DNA of 62,375 nucleotides, counting the filler, from Jimgerdemannia flammicorona (lineage: Eukaryota), in assembly GCA_003990765.1 (NCBI GenBank). It is 2 parts of 2 records of this genome, joined end to end, with 100 filler letters (N's around TTAATTAATTAA, not from the genome) between each part and the next. Parts side by side here need not be neighbours in the genome. Positions count along the whole stretch, not along the records: positions 31,244 to 62,375 come from RBNJ01000411.1; 1 more part is not named here. One strand, given 5' to 3'. Position numbers and translations under genes: made by a program. Within the stretch, counting starts at the first letter, position 1, and every line of letters starts with the position of its first letter. Under the pieces are notes generated by a model. That model was not told the origin of the DNA. It made no database searches and saw nothing but the letters and a program-made list of their open reading frames with translations. Positions 50,268 to 62,375 of this stretch are shown here, piece by piece.

Positions 50268-50610
50268 TATTATTATTATTATTATTATTATTATATTTTA
50301 TTTTATTTAATAAAAATTTTATTTAAAAAGACCCTTCGCAGCTGTATATTTAAAGTGCCCGCCGACCCTTACCACCCGGCACTATACAGCTATTTAATTA
50401 AAGTGCCCGCCTACCCTAACCACCTTGCACTATTTATCTAAAGAACAATAAAAAATGTAATTAAAAGAACCTAAAAATCTAACAAAGAATCCAGCTAAGA
50501 AATCCAGCCAAAAATCCAGCTTTAAGAATCCCCACAACCACAAGATCAGAGGACGAGTAGAGAACCAAAATAGGCGGCTTTCGTCCAGACTTATATAGCA
50601 TTTGCAGGGT
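50268..50610 (-). mobile_element. Probable 3' end of a 5'-truncated non-LTR element with (TAA)n tail and duplicated stem-loop
   Basis: (TTA)n run at 50268-50293 on +; AATAAA-rich stretch before it on -; two related hairpin units at 50340-50391 and 50400-50433. Confidence 0.45.
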
Positions 50611-50743
50611 TGTGGCGAGGAGGTTTCAGTCTATGGGATTGTCAGTGTGAAAATTTGTCATAAAAGACCTATGGCTAAGACCATATATATACGTCACTCC
50701 AGATTCCTCGTTTCATGGGAGAGTATATACACCTCATTTTACC

Positions 50744-50786
<43 letters not shown>

Positions 50787-50816
50787 AAATACCCTTTTTT
50801 TTTTTTTTTTTTTTCC

Positions 50817-50851
<35 letters not shown>

Positions 50852-51099
50852 ACCCCTTTGCTTATTTGCCTTCGTGTTTTGAACGGTATATCTTCAACGT
50901 GTATGGACTGATACGGTGCACCAACACACAACAACACACAATCATTAATTTGAAAGTTCCGCGACACACATTGGGTGGACCACCATTTTGTTTTGAATGA
51001 ATCCATGTAAACGTCGTGATGCAAATGACATGCTACTATAAAATTGCAGCCAGAAAATAATCGATGATCAATTATCCTTCTGAAATGAACGATGTAGAG

Positions 51100-51500
51100 A
51101 GAGCATGCGCTCCGAGTCTCTGAAACAGAACATGACCTTGACCGAGCTGAATCTCTCCTGTATGTCGGAACTATGTGGAGCATTGTATGCGGCTGCTTAT
51201 CCTCGGTTCATTTTAAAGCCAACTGAAGCTTGACCGAGCTGAATCTCATATATTGAAACTGTGTGAAGCATTGTGTGTGGCTACGGAATAGAATGAAGCC
51301 AATAATCGCTCATAGGATTGGCAAGGAGGGAACATCCACTTTAACCGAATCTCGAAGGTATATCGGAACTGTATGAAGCATTGTATGGCTGTGATGTAAT
51401 TAAGCTAACTCATCCCCTGTTTGTGTTCGAGAACTGGATTTCGACCCAGGGGCGAGCTACGATTCCAGCACCTGTACACGGGAATTGCTCAATACTATGG
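51100..51500 (+). pseudogene. Relic of an RNI/NLRC3-type LRR gene with tandemly duplicated exon-intron units
   Basis: LKQNMTLTELNLS, LTELNL, IGKEG and NWISTQG fragments; three related intron-like stretches (gtatgtcggaact.tgtg.agcattgt.tg.ggct). Confidence 0.55.
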
Positions 51501-51786
51501 TCAGGATCAACCGAGACAATTGTGGTTCACAGTACGTGTCATGAAAGAAATGGATGGTCTGGTTGTGCATTCACGTTTATGAACATAAGGATTTCATTCT
51601 AAGAATTGTTATGTATACAATTAAAGATATAAAGCGGAGAAGTATCCTACATACTCATACGTAGAGATACAGTCCAAGGGACACTTCGTCCGCACCTCTC
51701 CAGATTAAAACCTAAAAGCCACCTAGCCTACACATCAATCCACCGACCAACCAACCTTACCTCCCATCCTCCCGCCTTGTCCTCAA

Positions 51787-52815
51787 TTACTTCACCTTTC
51801 CGCCCTCCCCTCCGCCTCCCCCGCCGCCCTTCTTCCCGCCGCCCCATGTCTTCTCCACGACTTTCTTTGCGTTCTCACGCACGAGGTGCACGGCGTCCGC
51901 ACGGCACACACTCTCGACGAACCGCCCAAAGAAAGCCGCTTGCGTGCCGTCCGTCCAGGATCGGTAGTATCTCTGCGTCAGATCCACTGTCGGACTGAAG
52001 GTTTTCTTGACGATGCGGATGGCTGTGATGGGAGAAAGGATAAAATGAGGTGGATGATCTGAAACAGGGTGAGCGACGCAGGTTGGAGGGGAAGCAAGAC
52101 CTACCTTCGGTGGTCGTGCGATCCACTTGCGCGCCCAGGTCAATCTCGTACTCGTCCTCGCTTGTAGGTGCATTGCGTGGATTAGACGGAATGCAAAACG
52201 TGAGAAACGTGGTACGCTTAATGGTGGATTCCTTCCTCCCCGCATTGGTGCGCGCGCCCCCAGAAAAACTAACCTATTTTTCTCCGGCTCTCGTTTTGGC
52301 CGGTCGGCGTCCGTATCAATGGGCTCTGATATGGTCATGTCTGATCCACGAGCGTGAAAGCAATGATGAGACAACATCCATCGCAAGCAGAACAACGTTC
52401 ACTCAAATCCAACCACACCCAACCAACACATACCTTCCACGTGCTTTAGAGACTCCTCGACTCTCGTCGTCACGTACAGATAATACCCGTCCAACGGATT
52501 CCACCTATTGCTGACCGCCTTTCCCGCACTTTCCGCCCCCGCGCCTGCTTCCTTCCTCCTCAAGCACACCATTTTGCATCTCGGCGGTTCGCCCTCCTCG
52601 CGGTCCAACCTCCTCTGCGAGCACCACTGCAGGCACACCTCATCCCAGCTATTTGGTGGGGCGGGACCCCTCGGGGAATCCGGGGGTGGAAGGCGCGACT
52701 TGACGAAGTTGCGGAGGTAGGGGCGAAAGCTGGTGTAGGGTGTTTTGGCAGGGGAGTCGGGAGGTTGAGTGGGCGGGGTAGGGGTTGGGGTAGGGTTGGA
52801 GGTGGGGGTGGACAT
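51787..52815 (-). CDS. Hypothetical fungal protein, about 4 exons
   Basis: MSTPTSNP...WDEVCLQWCSQ...PRCKMVCLRR...NPLDGYYLY; downstream exons bounded by GT-AG; last exon ...RYYRSWTDGTQAAFF... ends at 51787. Confidence 0.65.
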
Positions 52816-52961
52816 GTCGAAGGAAGCGGTGTATGTGACTCTGCTTCTTGGCAGTCAACGATTCACGACACAATCTGCAGTGACGTAATCATTCTGGATA
52901 AACGCCAAAGGGTTCTACTGTCACGCTGCCGAGGGAGATGAGTAGGATGTGGACTTGTTTC

Positions 52962-52998
<37 letters not shown>

Positions 52999-53323
52999 TT
53001 TTTGCAAAGAACGCAATTGAGATGTCGAATGCTTAGATAGGGAAATCTCATTATCATAGAAACATTATCATAGAAATATATCACAGCGCAGATAACTGTC
53101 ACCTGAGATACCGCTTGGCAAATGGCTTGAGCCTTTTTGATGCTATCAAGATTCACGATGAACCAATCGTAAGTGCAGTTCATGCTTAGCGTCATTTGGA
53201 ATGACGTTCATGCCGTCGTCCCGGCGTATGACAAAAAGGTTAAAGGGAATCTGAAAGGCAACAAAAGCCCGGCAATAAGCCAATCCTTCCACCTTCATTC
53301 AATACCAACTTCCACACCCACCA

Positions 53324-53899
53324 ATGCCTGCCAATTCCGCCCCAACCATCGACGAGCTCAAGACGCTCCTAAACCTCAAACCCCACCCGGAAGGCGGTTT
53401 CTTCGCGGAGACATTCAGGGACCCAGCCCAGGTGCACACGATTGACCCCGCCTCAACCGACAAGAACGCCTCCACGGCCATCTACTTCATGCTAACGAAC
53501 GATTCGCTCTCGCACCTGCACCGGCTCGCCGTCTCGTCCGAGACGTGGCACCACTACCTGGGTGGGTCCGTCACCATCGTCGAACTCGAGCCCAAACCGC
53601 AAATGACAGAAATGACAGTGACGAGCCCGCAGTACAGCCTGCGAACGACGCGGCTCGGCAAAGACGTGCTGGCCGGCGAGAGGCTGCAGCATGTGGTCCC
53701 GCCGGGGACGTGGTTCGGGAGCTATCCGAACTTCGACGAGGAGGGGAAGTATGCCTTGGTTGGCTGTACGGTGGCGCCGGGTTTTGAGTTTGCGGACTTT
53801 GAGCTGGCGAAGAGGGAGGAAATGGTGAAACTTGTGGGAGGAGAAGGGGCAGCTGATAAGCAAACGCTGAAGTTAGTGGAGAGGATGTGCGCGTTGTGA
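53324..53899 (+). CDS. CFF1: Cupin_5 / DUF985 family protein (yeast YML079W/Cff1-like), intronless
   Basis: LNLKPHPEGGFFAETFR, STAIYFML, SHLHRL..SETWHHYLG, LQHVVPPGTWFGS and ALVGCTVAPGFEFADFEL. Confidence 0.88.
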   Translation: MPANSAPTIDELKTLLNLKPHPEGGFFAETFRDPAQVHTIDPASTDKNASTAIYFMLTNDSLSHLHRLAVSSETWHHYLGGSVTIVELEPKPQMTEMTVTSPQYSLRTTRLGKDVLAGERLQHVVPPGTWFGSYPNFDEEGKYALVGCTVAPGFEFADFELAKREEMVKLVGGEGAADKQTLKLVERMCAL

Positions 53900-53969
53900 G
53901 TCGAATGGTTGTCCTAGCAATCGCTCAAGTATCAAGTATATACACTTTCGAAATTCGGCTAGACAACAT

Positions 53970-54480
53970 TGCTCTTATCTGTTCTCAGTACTACTCTGAC
54001 TTATCTCTTTATTTTAGTGGTCTAATAATGATCCAATATAACTAGTATCTCCTGATATCTATAAATGAGCTCCTTTTTTTTTACATCTGCACAGCTTCAG
54101 ATATCTCCAAGTCAATGGTGTCCAGCTTCATTAGTTTCTTGAGTAGGATATCTTCATACTTAAAATATCTATATTATATCTAACTTTAGTTAATCATTAG
54201 TAAATAGAAAGGATATCAACAGAATAATAGATTTATGCTAAACTTATAATACAGTAAGATTGTATAAGAGCTGCTGAAGGAGATGAAGCTTGACTTTAAT
54301 AAAAGTGGAGGTTGTAAGTATACTGTTCAGAGTAGAATTATTAGCTTCAGAGGTAAGTCTTACTTTAATAAGAAAAGTTAAAGATAGCAGTAGTATGATA
54401 ATTGGTCTTGTAAGATATTAGTATTCACTTGAGTATTTTATCACTATCCAAATGTCTCTTGTGTATAGTATGGGTCCAAT
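53970..54480. mobile_element. Short AT-rich, CpG-depleted TE remnant of unknown family
   Basis: Same TA-rich, CG-poor composition as the main island; no recognisable motif. Confidence 0.4.
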
Positions 54481-54842
54481 TGAAATCAGCATTTAATCTC
54501 TATTGTGGCTACTGGCAGTATTTTCATATCAAAAATTGCATCAATATCTATAGTAATAGGTTGTTTTTATTTTTATTTTTGGTTTGATCAGAAGGTTGAT
54601 ATAGGACAATTGAGATATATGTATGAATGGATATCGACCAATTTTCTTTATAAAAACCTTTCTATAAATCGTGTAGATGCTGGAAGCGTCCAAATCGAAA
54701 CACCCAGCACATTCGTTTCCAAATTAAGCTGTTATGCAATAAAGTTTACGTCATTAACACTCATCAATTATTTGTGTCGTCAAAACAGACATTAAGCAAC
54801 CCACACATTTGTGGAATACAAATATGTTCACTTCAAATAAGT

Positions 54843-57800
54843 CTATCTCATCGCAAAATCGATGACGATAGTGCGTAGCAACTGCCGGAAAAAGCTCGTC
54901 TCTGCTGGTATCTCCGAGTACCACGTGCTAAGCTCCAGCTTGTCGAGAGTGACGAGCTCGAGCGTGTCGTAGTGTTTGTTAATGATGGCTGCGATAATGA
55001 AGGTGAAGGGGCCAGTAAATCACCGATCCCGAGTTCCAACACTAATCACTGAAAACGTACCAGATACCCACTCAAAACGTTCGCGGGCGTCAGCGCTTGT
55101 ACATGGTGCTGCTGCTGCCATTCCTCGATCTTGGGATTGAAATGCGTGTAGATCATGCGGATGTTGGTCATGTCTACCAGAGTAGACGGCGCGCGCTGCG
55201 GACGGCCGGTCGGGCCGAGCTTCGGAGTGCCGACAAGCTTGGAGGCGGAGACTGGGTGAAAAGGTTCGGATAGATTGAGGTGATTGATGAACGGATCCAA
55301 TGAAGCATTGAAAGGAATAAAAGCGTCATTATGTAACAAAACAACAGTAAAAGCATGAAACCGCTGGAGGGGGATAAACATATATAAGTGAAGACCATTA
55401 CCCAATGTATCAAGTGCTGCAAATACATCACCCGACCGTACGACTTCATAAAACAAATTATCATAGCTGGCGGGATCCGGGAGGAAGGTCTCGCCAAAGG
55501 TGATGCACACGTTGAATAGACCTGTAATCTGCCAATCATCATATAGTAATGAGCATGCAAAGATGAAAAATCCTGCATCAGAACGTCAAGTATGGACCAT
55601 CACTATTATATATTTTCAAACAAAACAAAAAAAGAAAAAACAATTCTCACCAACTCGACAAGCTCGTCAAACTCAGGCCTCGATTTCAACCCTTCGGAAT
55701 GGGCGATCACGAAACGGGTCAGCCCGATCAGCGAGTGCCACAGCTCGCTCCAGTGATACACTGTCGCCGTTTGGCGATGGTATATATCTACTATTAGACT
55801 TGTATGCTCAAACCGGAGATAAACTAAGTCCACACAGGTAAGTTAGTGCCGGCTACTCACCAAGCCGTATTCGTGATTTCTTTTGATGGCTGACAATCCG
55901 GTGGATGATGGTGAGGCACCGCCTGTGGTCAAGTGGGAGGAAGAGCAAATATGCATAAGTTCCATCTGGCAAAGTTCCCTTCGCTTTCCCTTCCCAGCGG
56001 AATCCTGACCACCACGGCTGAACATTCTCAATTCACCTGTACAGGTCAATATCAAGCTTCTTCCTCATATTGTGATTGATGAACGAAATCGCCAGATCGA
56101 GGATCACGCACGCAGCCGGTCGCGGCTGCTTTGTCTTCGGCACGGTGGGCGGTCTCTGCGAAGGAGAGAAGGATCATGAAAAATTCCATAAAGGAATCAC
56201 ACAAAAACTCCATCCGTGCAATTCCAACTCCCTGCCCCATACTCGGACTCAAACCAACCTGCCTACAAATCCTGACCCTCCCGACAACACTCTCATCGCA
56301 GAACACCTCACACGCCGCCTGGTTCTCGCACAGCAAGACCAGCACGAGCATGGCGAGCTTGACATACGCCGTGGGGCGCGGGGCGGCGCGGTTATTGTGC
56401 TGGAAGAGGTACGAGGCCAGCGAGAGGAAGGCCGCCAGAGAGGAGTGATCCTCGTCGAAGCCCGCGGGCGGCGGGATTGAGGTGGTGGACGGAGCTATAG
56501 TGGTGGGCGAAGTGGGTTGTGGTGGGGTTGGGTCGGCGGTGGTAATGGTAAGGGATCTGACGAGGGTGTTGACAAAGATCTTGTTGGTGTTGACAAGGTC
56601 GTAGAAGGGGAGGAGGATCGACGCTTCGGGTGACGGACTGTTTAGATGTTGATTAATCATTGGTGTAGAATAGTGAAGTGAAACAACATAAATAAAACAA
56701 TCACGTAATGTCGTTTTTTATGTCAAGGGCGCCATATCACGAATCTCTGGTATGAAACTTATTCAAGATCCCTAGTAAGAGTCCAAGGCCCGATGATATA
56801 CTTACAGAAGCGCAAACGCATCCTCCAACCCCTTGTCGTCCTTCACAAATCCAATCTTTGAGCCGATGAGCCCCGTAACGTACGAGAACATGATTTGCGC
56901 GACAGTCTCTTCGTCGTTTTGTAGCTCCATGTATTTACTAGTTTGGGAGGGCCATTGGAAATGAAGAGAGGGAGGGAGTTAAATCGCACGCGTATTGCAT
57001 GTGTGCCAATGACTCCGCACTGAAAAATTCACCTTCTAACTATCAGACAGGCCTGCCCCATTCCTTGTAGGATTTTCTGGATGTGTGCATAGATATTAAA
57101 ACATAAATCAGTCCCGAACCAACAATCCACAACCAGGCGTAAGGTCGTATCCTAACACCAAACTTCCACACTGCACCGCGATGTGCCACCGCCAACACTC
57201 CCAACCACTCTCTCCCAACCACCCTCTCCCAAAGTATTCCTTCTCCCAATCCTCGTCCCCTGGACGCAACTCTCAACTCTCACCTCCAACACATCCTGAT
57301 CACGCAGTCTGGCCAGATGATCCAGGTACAAGTTCCGGCTCTCGTGCTTGTTGTAGTTGGCGAGGAGGCCCAGAAGCATAATCGCGGAGTGGACAAGGTT
57401 GTCCGAGGTGTCAGGGTTGGAAATGAACTGGGATGGCAAGGGGCGGGAAGGGATGGGCTTATTAGGAGGAGGTTTGCCATGTTTGCGACGCCCGTACCGT
57501 TGGAATCTTTTGTCCCTCTTTAAAACCCAGGCGCAATGTTCACCGCACTCGATCCCAGCACCCGTGCAAACGAGTCTCGCTACGTATACACACCTTGACC
57601 AATGATGGGAAAATATCCCGCTGCATGAAATACCTTTGTCCGCCACAGTTTGCAAAATTTTACATCGTTAGTACATCCAAATACAAGAATGTCCACACGA
57701 CCGCCAAGTCCCGACCCGATACCCACCCATTCAGACTGTTCTGGTTGACGTTGTTGTTCCCGCAAGCAATAACGATTGCGAGCCGCAGAGCCGCTACGCG

Positions 57801-58773
57801 GAGCTGCGGTGTTGCGCCGTTGCGAATCGTGTCGTCAATCAACTCGATCAGGTTCTGGGATTATGGAAAAAGTATCGTATAAGAACGGGGTGGAGAGTGA
57901 AGAGTAAAGAGTGGAAGGGGATGCTTACGCAGAAAACGGCGTCGGCGGTATCTAAACCTGTGAGCACGTTGATCACGTCGAAGCTAAAGTTGTTGAACCG
58001 TTTTGTGAAAATGTTGCGAAGCAGAATGGTGATGGTCTGTGGATGTTATGAGGTAAGAATTCTGTCGATGAATCAATGACTTTGGATCGCACATGTTGCT
58101 GATCCGCAACGCTCTCTTCGTAGAATGCTGGATCCATTACATTAGATACCACGGCTCTACTACTGGTAGCAACGGCCCAACAGCGAAGCAGTGAGTACTG
58201 CTTCGCATGACCGACTACCAGAATTTAAAGGGAGTTCCCATGTCAGCATACCTCTATGGCGTTTAACTTTCTAGTCGCGCTGATCGCATTTTCATCCCTA
58301 TCTGCCTCCTTCCTTCGCGCCATTTCCATGGCATTGATGAATATCTTGTTGACATTATCCTACTAGGACGCCGTGCAAGGCAGAGACAAATATTCCATCA
58401 GTGAATGACAACATGAATGAAACGTGCGGAACATACAAGCACCTTAAGGCCGAGCAGCTGCTGTTCAGATATCGATTGGATGCATTCGCTGAGGTAGGGC
58501 GCGTTCACTTTGAGCAGGAAGACGTCGTCCCAGAACTGCGGACTTTGCTTTGAAGGGTCCTCGCCCTGGATTAAAAATAAAAAATATATAGCAACGGTTC
58601 CTTAAAGTTGGATTTCGGACGAGGTAATCGTCACAAATGAGTTGAACAATCGTAACACACACCCTAAAAAGAGCTCCGTATATTTCAACAAACTTTTCCT
58701 TCAGAGCGCTCCTCGAGCCTTGGGCCTGACGCACGTAAATGTCCTTTGTAGCGTGGCTACTGGCGGTGAGCAT
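54843..58773 (-). CDS. ARMH3: ARMH3/C10orf76 (DUF1741) armadillo-like Golgi protein; multi-exon
   Basis: LKEKFVEIYGALF, FWDDVFLLKVN, NNVNQNSLNGYFM, LLGLLANYNKHESRNLY, ITFGETFLPDPASYDNLFYEVVR and IINKHYDTLEL; start codon uncertain. Confidence 0.85.
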
Positions 58774-58861
58774 TTGGGAGTTAGGGAGGAGTTGTGGCTT
58801 ACAGGTGATTTATCCTTATTTGAGTGGCGTGATTTGACGTCACAACATTCAAAGTCGCGTA

Positions 58862-58967
58862 ACTGACTTACACTGACTGACACTGACTGACACTGACTGA
58901 CTGGATAACTACTGACTGACTGGATAACTACTGACTGACTGGATAACTACTGACTGACCGGGTAACT
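58862..58967. repeat. Compound minisatellite, (CACTGACTGA)n then (ACTGACTGACTGGATAACT)x~4, in the ARMH3/TUM1 divergent promoter
   Basis: Direct reading; TGACGTCA lies just upstream at 58835-58842. Confidence 0.85.
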
Positions 58968-58993
58968 TTCCTACCTCCACCCAGACTACACCA

Positions 58994-60655
58994 ATGCTCT
59001 TTCGTACAACAACCCCTCTCCTCTTCTTCCGTACTCATAAACTCGTAAAACCTCCCAGAATGTCCGCTTTCCAAAGTGCACATTCACCTCCTTCACTCAC
59101 TCTCTTTTGTCCTTTCTCGACCTCCACTACCACGTCTCTAACACCCATGTCCTCCCCCCCCCAGGCGCCTATTCCACCGCCTCCTCCCACGGCGTTCCCT
59201 CCCTGATATCGGCCAACTTCTTGCTGACGCACAACACCGGCAGGGGCCCTAATGACCTCGGCATCGCCATCCTCGATGGTTCCTGGCACATGCCCCAAAC
59301 TGGCCGTGACGCCAAGCGGGAGTTCCTCAACCGTCACATCCCCGGCGCGCGGTTCTTTGGAATTGACGAGGTTAAGGACCACACAGTCGACCTGCCGCAC
59401 ATGTTACCCACAAGCGAGGCGTTTGCTAGAGCCGTCGGTAAGCGCCCGGGTGGGGTTCGTTGTTTGTAGGCAACATGAGCAAAGCACTGTTAACGATATC
59501 AAACGAGTGTATTATGCTGTTAGAACTCAATGAATTTAATTCTGCCGCTTCAAAATATCATGTCTTCATAGGTGATCTCGGTATCACTAACACCGACCAC
59601 GTCGTCATCTACGACACCGTCAACACATTCTCCGCCACCCGCGTTTACTGGACCTTCAAGGTACTGGCTTCTTTCTGATCTGCCTTCCCGTAGAAGCTAT
59701 GGATGACCCCACGTGACTCATCTGGTATGTCCATACATGCTACAACCCGTACTCCAGGCCTTCGGTCACAATAAAGTCTCCGTCCTGAATGGCGGGTTTC
59801 CCAGATGGCTTGCCGAAGGCGGTGAAGTCGAAAGCGGCGAGGCCAGGTTCAAGGTGGGCTTTTGTTATTTGCGATAGCAGGACAGCATAAATGCCTAAAT
59901 CTCATGAGCACAATTCTATGTGGTACGCCAAAACAGTCCAAAACGTTCGAGCCCATCCCAATCAACGCGGCGCTGGTGCGCGATCACAAGCATATCGTGG
60001 ATAACATCCGCAAAGGCAAGTCCGGTGCTGGGTATTTCCAAGTCGTCGATGCTCGACCGGCGCGGCGGTAGGTGATTCTTGTGTCTCTTCCGCCTTTCCA
60101 CCCTCCATACCCTATCGACTGATGATGATAAGCTTACGAGCCGTGATCGTCCCTTCCCTGATTACCACATCTCACAGCTTCACTGGCGCCGACCCCGAAC
60201 CTCGCGCGGGACTCTCCTCAGGTCACATGCCCGACTCTATCAGCATTCCGTTCCCGGAGGTGCTGAACCCGGCGACGGGGGAGATGCTGGAAACCGATGA
60301 GCTGAGAAGGTTGTTCGACAAGAAGGGGTTGAATCTCGAGCAGGAGATTGTGACCAGCTGCGGTGAGTGAGGTCGATCGTTTTTGAGCGTGAAATGTTTT
60401 GGATACACGCATGATGTTGGTGGATGGGCATACTGAATCATCCCCAGAGCTTATCAACGTTCATTCATCATGTCATTTAATTTATTGTTTTGGCTGACAA
60501 CCCTTCGACAACTAGGGAGCGGCATTACCGCGTCTGTCGTCTACATGGCGCTCGAGCGCGCCGGAGCCAAGAAAATCTCCGTTTATGACGGCAGTTGGAC
60601 TGAGTACGCGAGCAAATCGGCAGAGGAGGGGAGCGTTATCCTCAAGGATGTGTAG
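58994..60655 (+). CDS. TUM1: 3-mercaptopyruvate/thiosulfate sulfurtransferase (tandem rhodanese, Tum1/MPST); multi-exon
   Basis: LDGSWHMP, HIPGARFFGIDEV..DLPHMLP, RVYWTFKAFGH..VSVLNGG, VVDARPARRFTGADPEPR, SGHMP, active-site SCGSGITA and YDGSWTEY. Confidence 0.92.
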
Positions 60656-62329
60656 GTAGATAGGAGTGATGTCGCTTTACCCTCCACCGCTCTGTAAAAA
60701 TAAAAAACGATCGAGATGCTGTTTAGCCAGGGGGGGTATGAAGTCACAGGCGTCGTGAAACGCGTCCAAACCCCCTTCCTCCCAACATCCCACACGAATC
60801 GACTGGGGGCTAGACGTCAAAATGCTCTAGAAGGTGCTCGAGATAGTACAAGTGGTTTGGAGTGGATTCACTTCGAGAGAAAGATTGTCTTTTTGTCTGG
60901 CGCCGACATTTATTCGGCGGGGATGTATGTTTGGGTGAGGTATTGAAGTTGGAGGGGTTGCGCAACAAGATTGAAATGTGGAGAATCACGTCAACCAACG
61001 TTTCGCATGAGCCATGTTCCAACTTCATTTGATTATCATGGCCTTCGTGGTTCTAATCGCTAGCCCAACGTCGCCAATCACTGCTTACCCGCAGCAGCGT
61101 TCTCTTGCTATGCGACGAAAAGCCCGATGTCTAGGTCAAACACTACAACTCGTCGCACAAATACGTCATGTTCGAGGTCAACCGGCTGCTGGCTGGTTTG
61201 GTTTGGGTGGCGAGGGTGATGGATCATGCATGATTGATTGCCTTTCCTCGTTCTAACGGGCCAAATTGTGTTTGTATCTAGAATTCTACTGATACACCAT
61301 CTCGACAACTTGATGGATGCCGATGAGAAGTTTTTTTTTTTTCTTTTGGTCACTCGACAACTAGACAACTGGTGTGGTGCATTGCAATGATTTCCTGAAT
61401 GAGACTCTTCTCTGTACGCCCTTCTCCCCCTTTTCCCGAACACAGACCGCAGCACCTCAGACCAGAGCACCTCAGACCAGCTGGTGAGCTCGTTCTACTT
61501 GCTTCAGTCTCCCAATGGTGACGAGCCAGCCCGAGCTCAGTATGGGGCTACTTCAAACCACATGGAGAATGGCGTGCTCGACCTGGCCAGAAGGTTGCGC
61601 ACACGGCCCATGGCCCGTCAATGGTCATAGTCTTCAAAATTGGCGAGGGGCAGACGGGCGCTGAGGGGAAGGTCACGGCGGAGTTTGGGCGGCGATGTGA
61701 CAATATGATCAGATGAGGCCGTTAGTTGAGAGAGGATGCTATTGACAGTTTATTTATTTACTATTTACTTAATGCGCCCTTACGCCTTCCGCATTGCCCA
61801 TACTACTCTCACCAACTCACACGCCCCGAACGCCTACGCCTTTTCATTCTAGCGCATCCAACCATTATTCTCGGCACCCAACAACATCGTAGCTGTCGCC
61901 GTCTACGATTGTGAGACCAGGCTGGTGGGTACTCGATTTGGAAAGCGAAACCAGGGCAAGAACGTGCCATGAAGGTTTCGTGGGGCGGCCCGTGTGACGC
62001 GCGTGGTGCGCGTTTGGCGTGGGATTTTCCTTCCTTGTAAATCAGATTTCTGAGACGAAAATAAACAAATAATAAAAAGCGTAAGCAAAGCGGCAAGGGG
62101 GGGCTAATGCATGAGTGCGCTTTTGGACAATGGATTCTCTCCCTCGGGAAGAAGGACCTCGTTTTGTTTTACACAACGGGCGAAATCGGGAAGGAGCGCG
62201 TTAATGAAATGTTTCCAGTTTCGAGTCTCAATTTGGGCGGTTCTTCTCTGCCACGTTGTGTCTTTGCATATTTATTTTTGCACGCGGTGCGCATCAAACA
62301 ATCATTTTCCAAGACCAAGCGACCGGACG

Positions 62330-62365
<36 letters not shown>

Positions 62366-62375
62366 TTTTCCATTT

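Noticed and set aside
50740..50856. Alternating long A and T homopolymers forming an apparent hairpin
   Set aside because: Low-complexity runs like others in this assembly; lengths are unreliable and the ORFs crossing them are spurious.
59154..59162. C9 run as a programmed frameshift in TUM1
   Set aside because: It is better explained as the polypyrimidine tract of an intron (CTAAC branch site, CAG acceptor at 59164).
60700..62375. Short ORFs at the right end of the window
   Set aside because: No recognisable motif or consistent exon chain; could be intergenic DNA or a decayed gene.

Overview
Intron-rich fungal genomic DNA; gene style and TE content suggest Mucoromycota, possibly Endogonales (inference). 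Two gene-dense, GC-balanced arms flank a ~26 kb AT-rich, CpG-depleted island of nested, hypermutated transposons (~12.76-39.06 kb). Left arm: a DDT/WHIM/PHD chromatin protein, DBP6 and CWC24 as a divergent pair, an F-box/RNI gene, and an intronless protein with four C4 zinc fingers around an Asn-rich prion-like tract. Right arm: CMC2, a frameshifted F-box gene, SMU1, an atypical homeodomain gene, KIN17/RTS2, an FG-GAP beta-propeller, an LRR relic, a hypothetical gene, a Cupin_5/CFF1 gene, ARMH3 (DUF1741) and TUM1/MPST. Inside the island a Ty3/Gypsy protease is split by two large piggyBac-type elements (4.3 kb and 8.0 kb) whose ends abut ATAT-like rather than TTAA sites. Both carry non-transposase cargo. 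In the 8 kb element this includes a PD-(D/E)XK/CRN-REase-like nuclease relic interrupted by an unmutated ~100 bp piece of a 6-phosphogluconolactonase gene. The island also holds a dUTPase-bearing Gypsy relic, a hAT-type end and foldback MITE, a LINE ORF1, a chromovirus pol with an extra 3' ORF and LTR, and an artificial scaffold gap. All protein identities come from motif recognition by eye; no searches were run, and exon limits are approximate.
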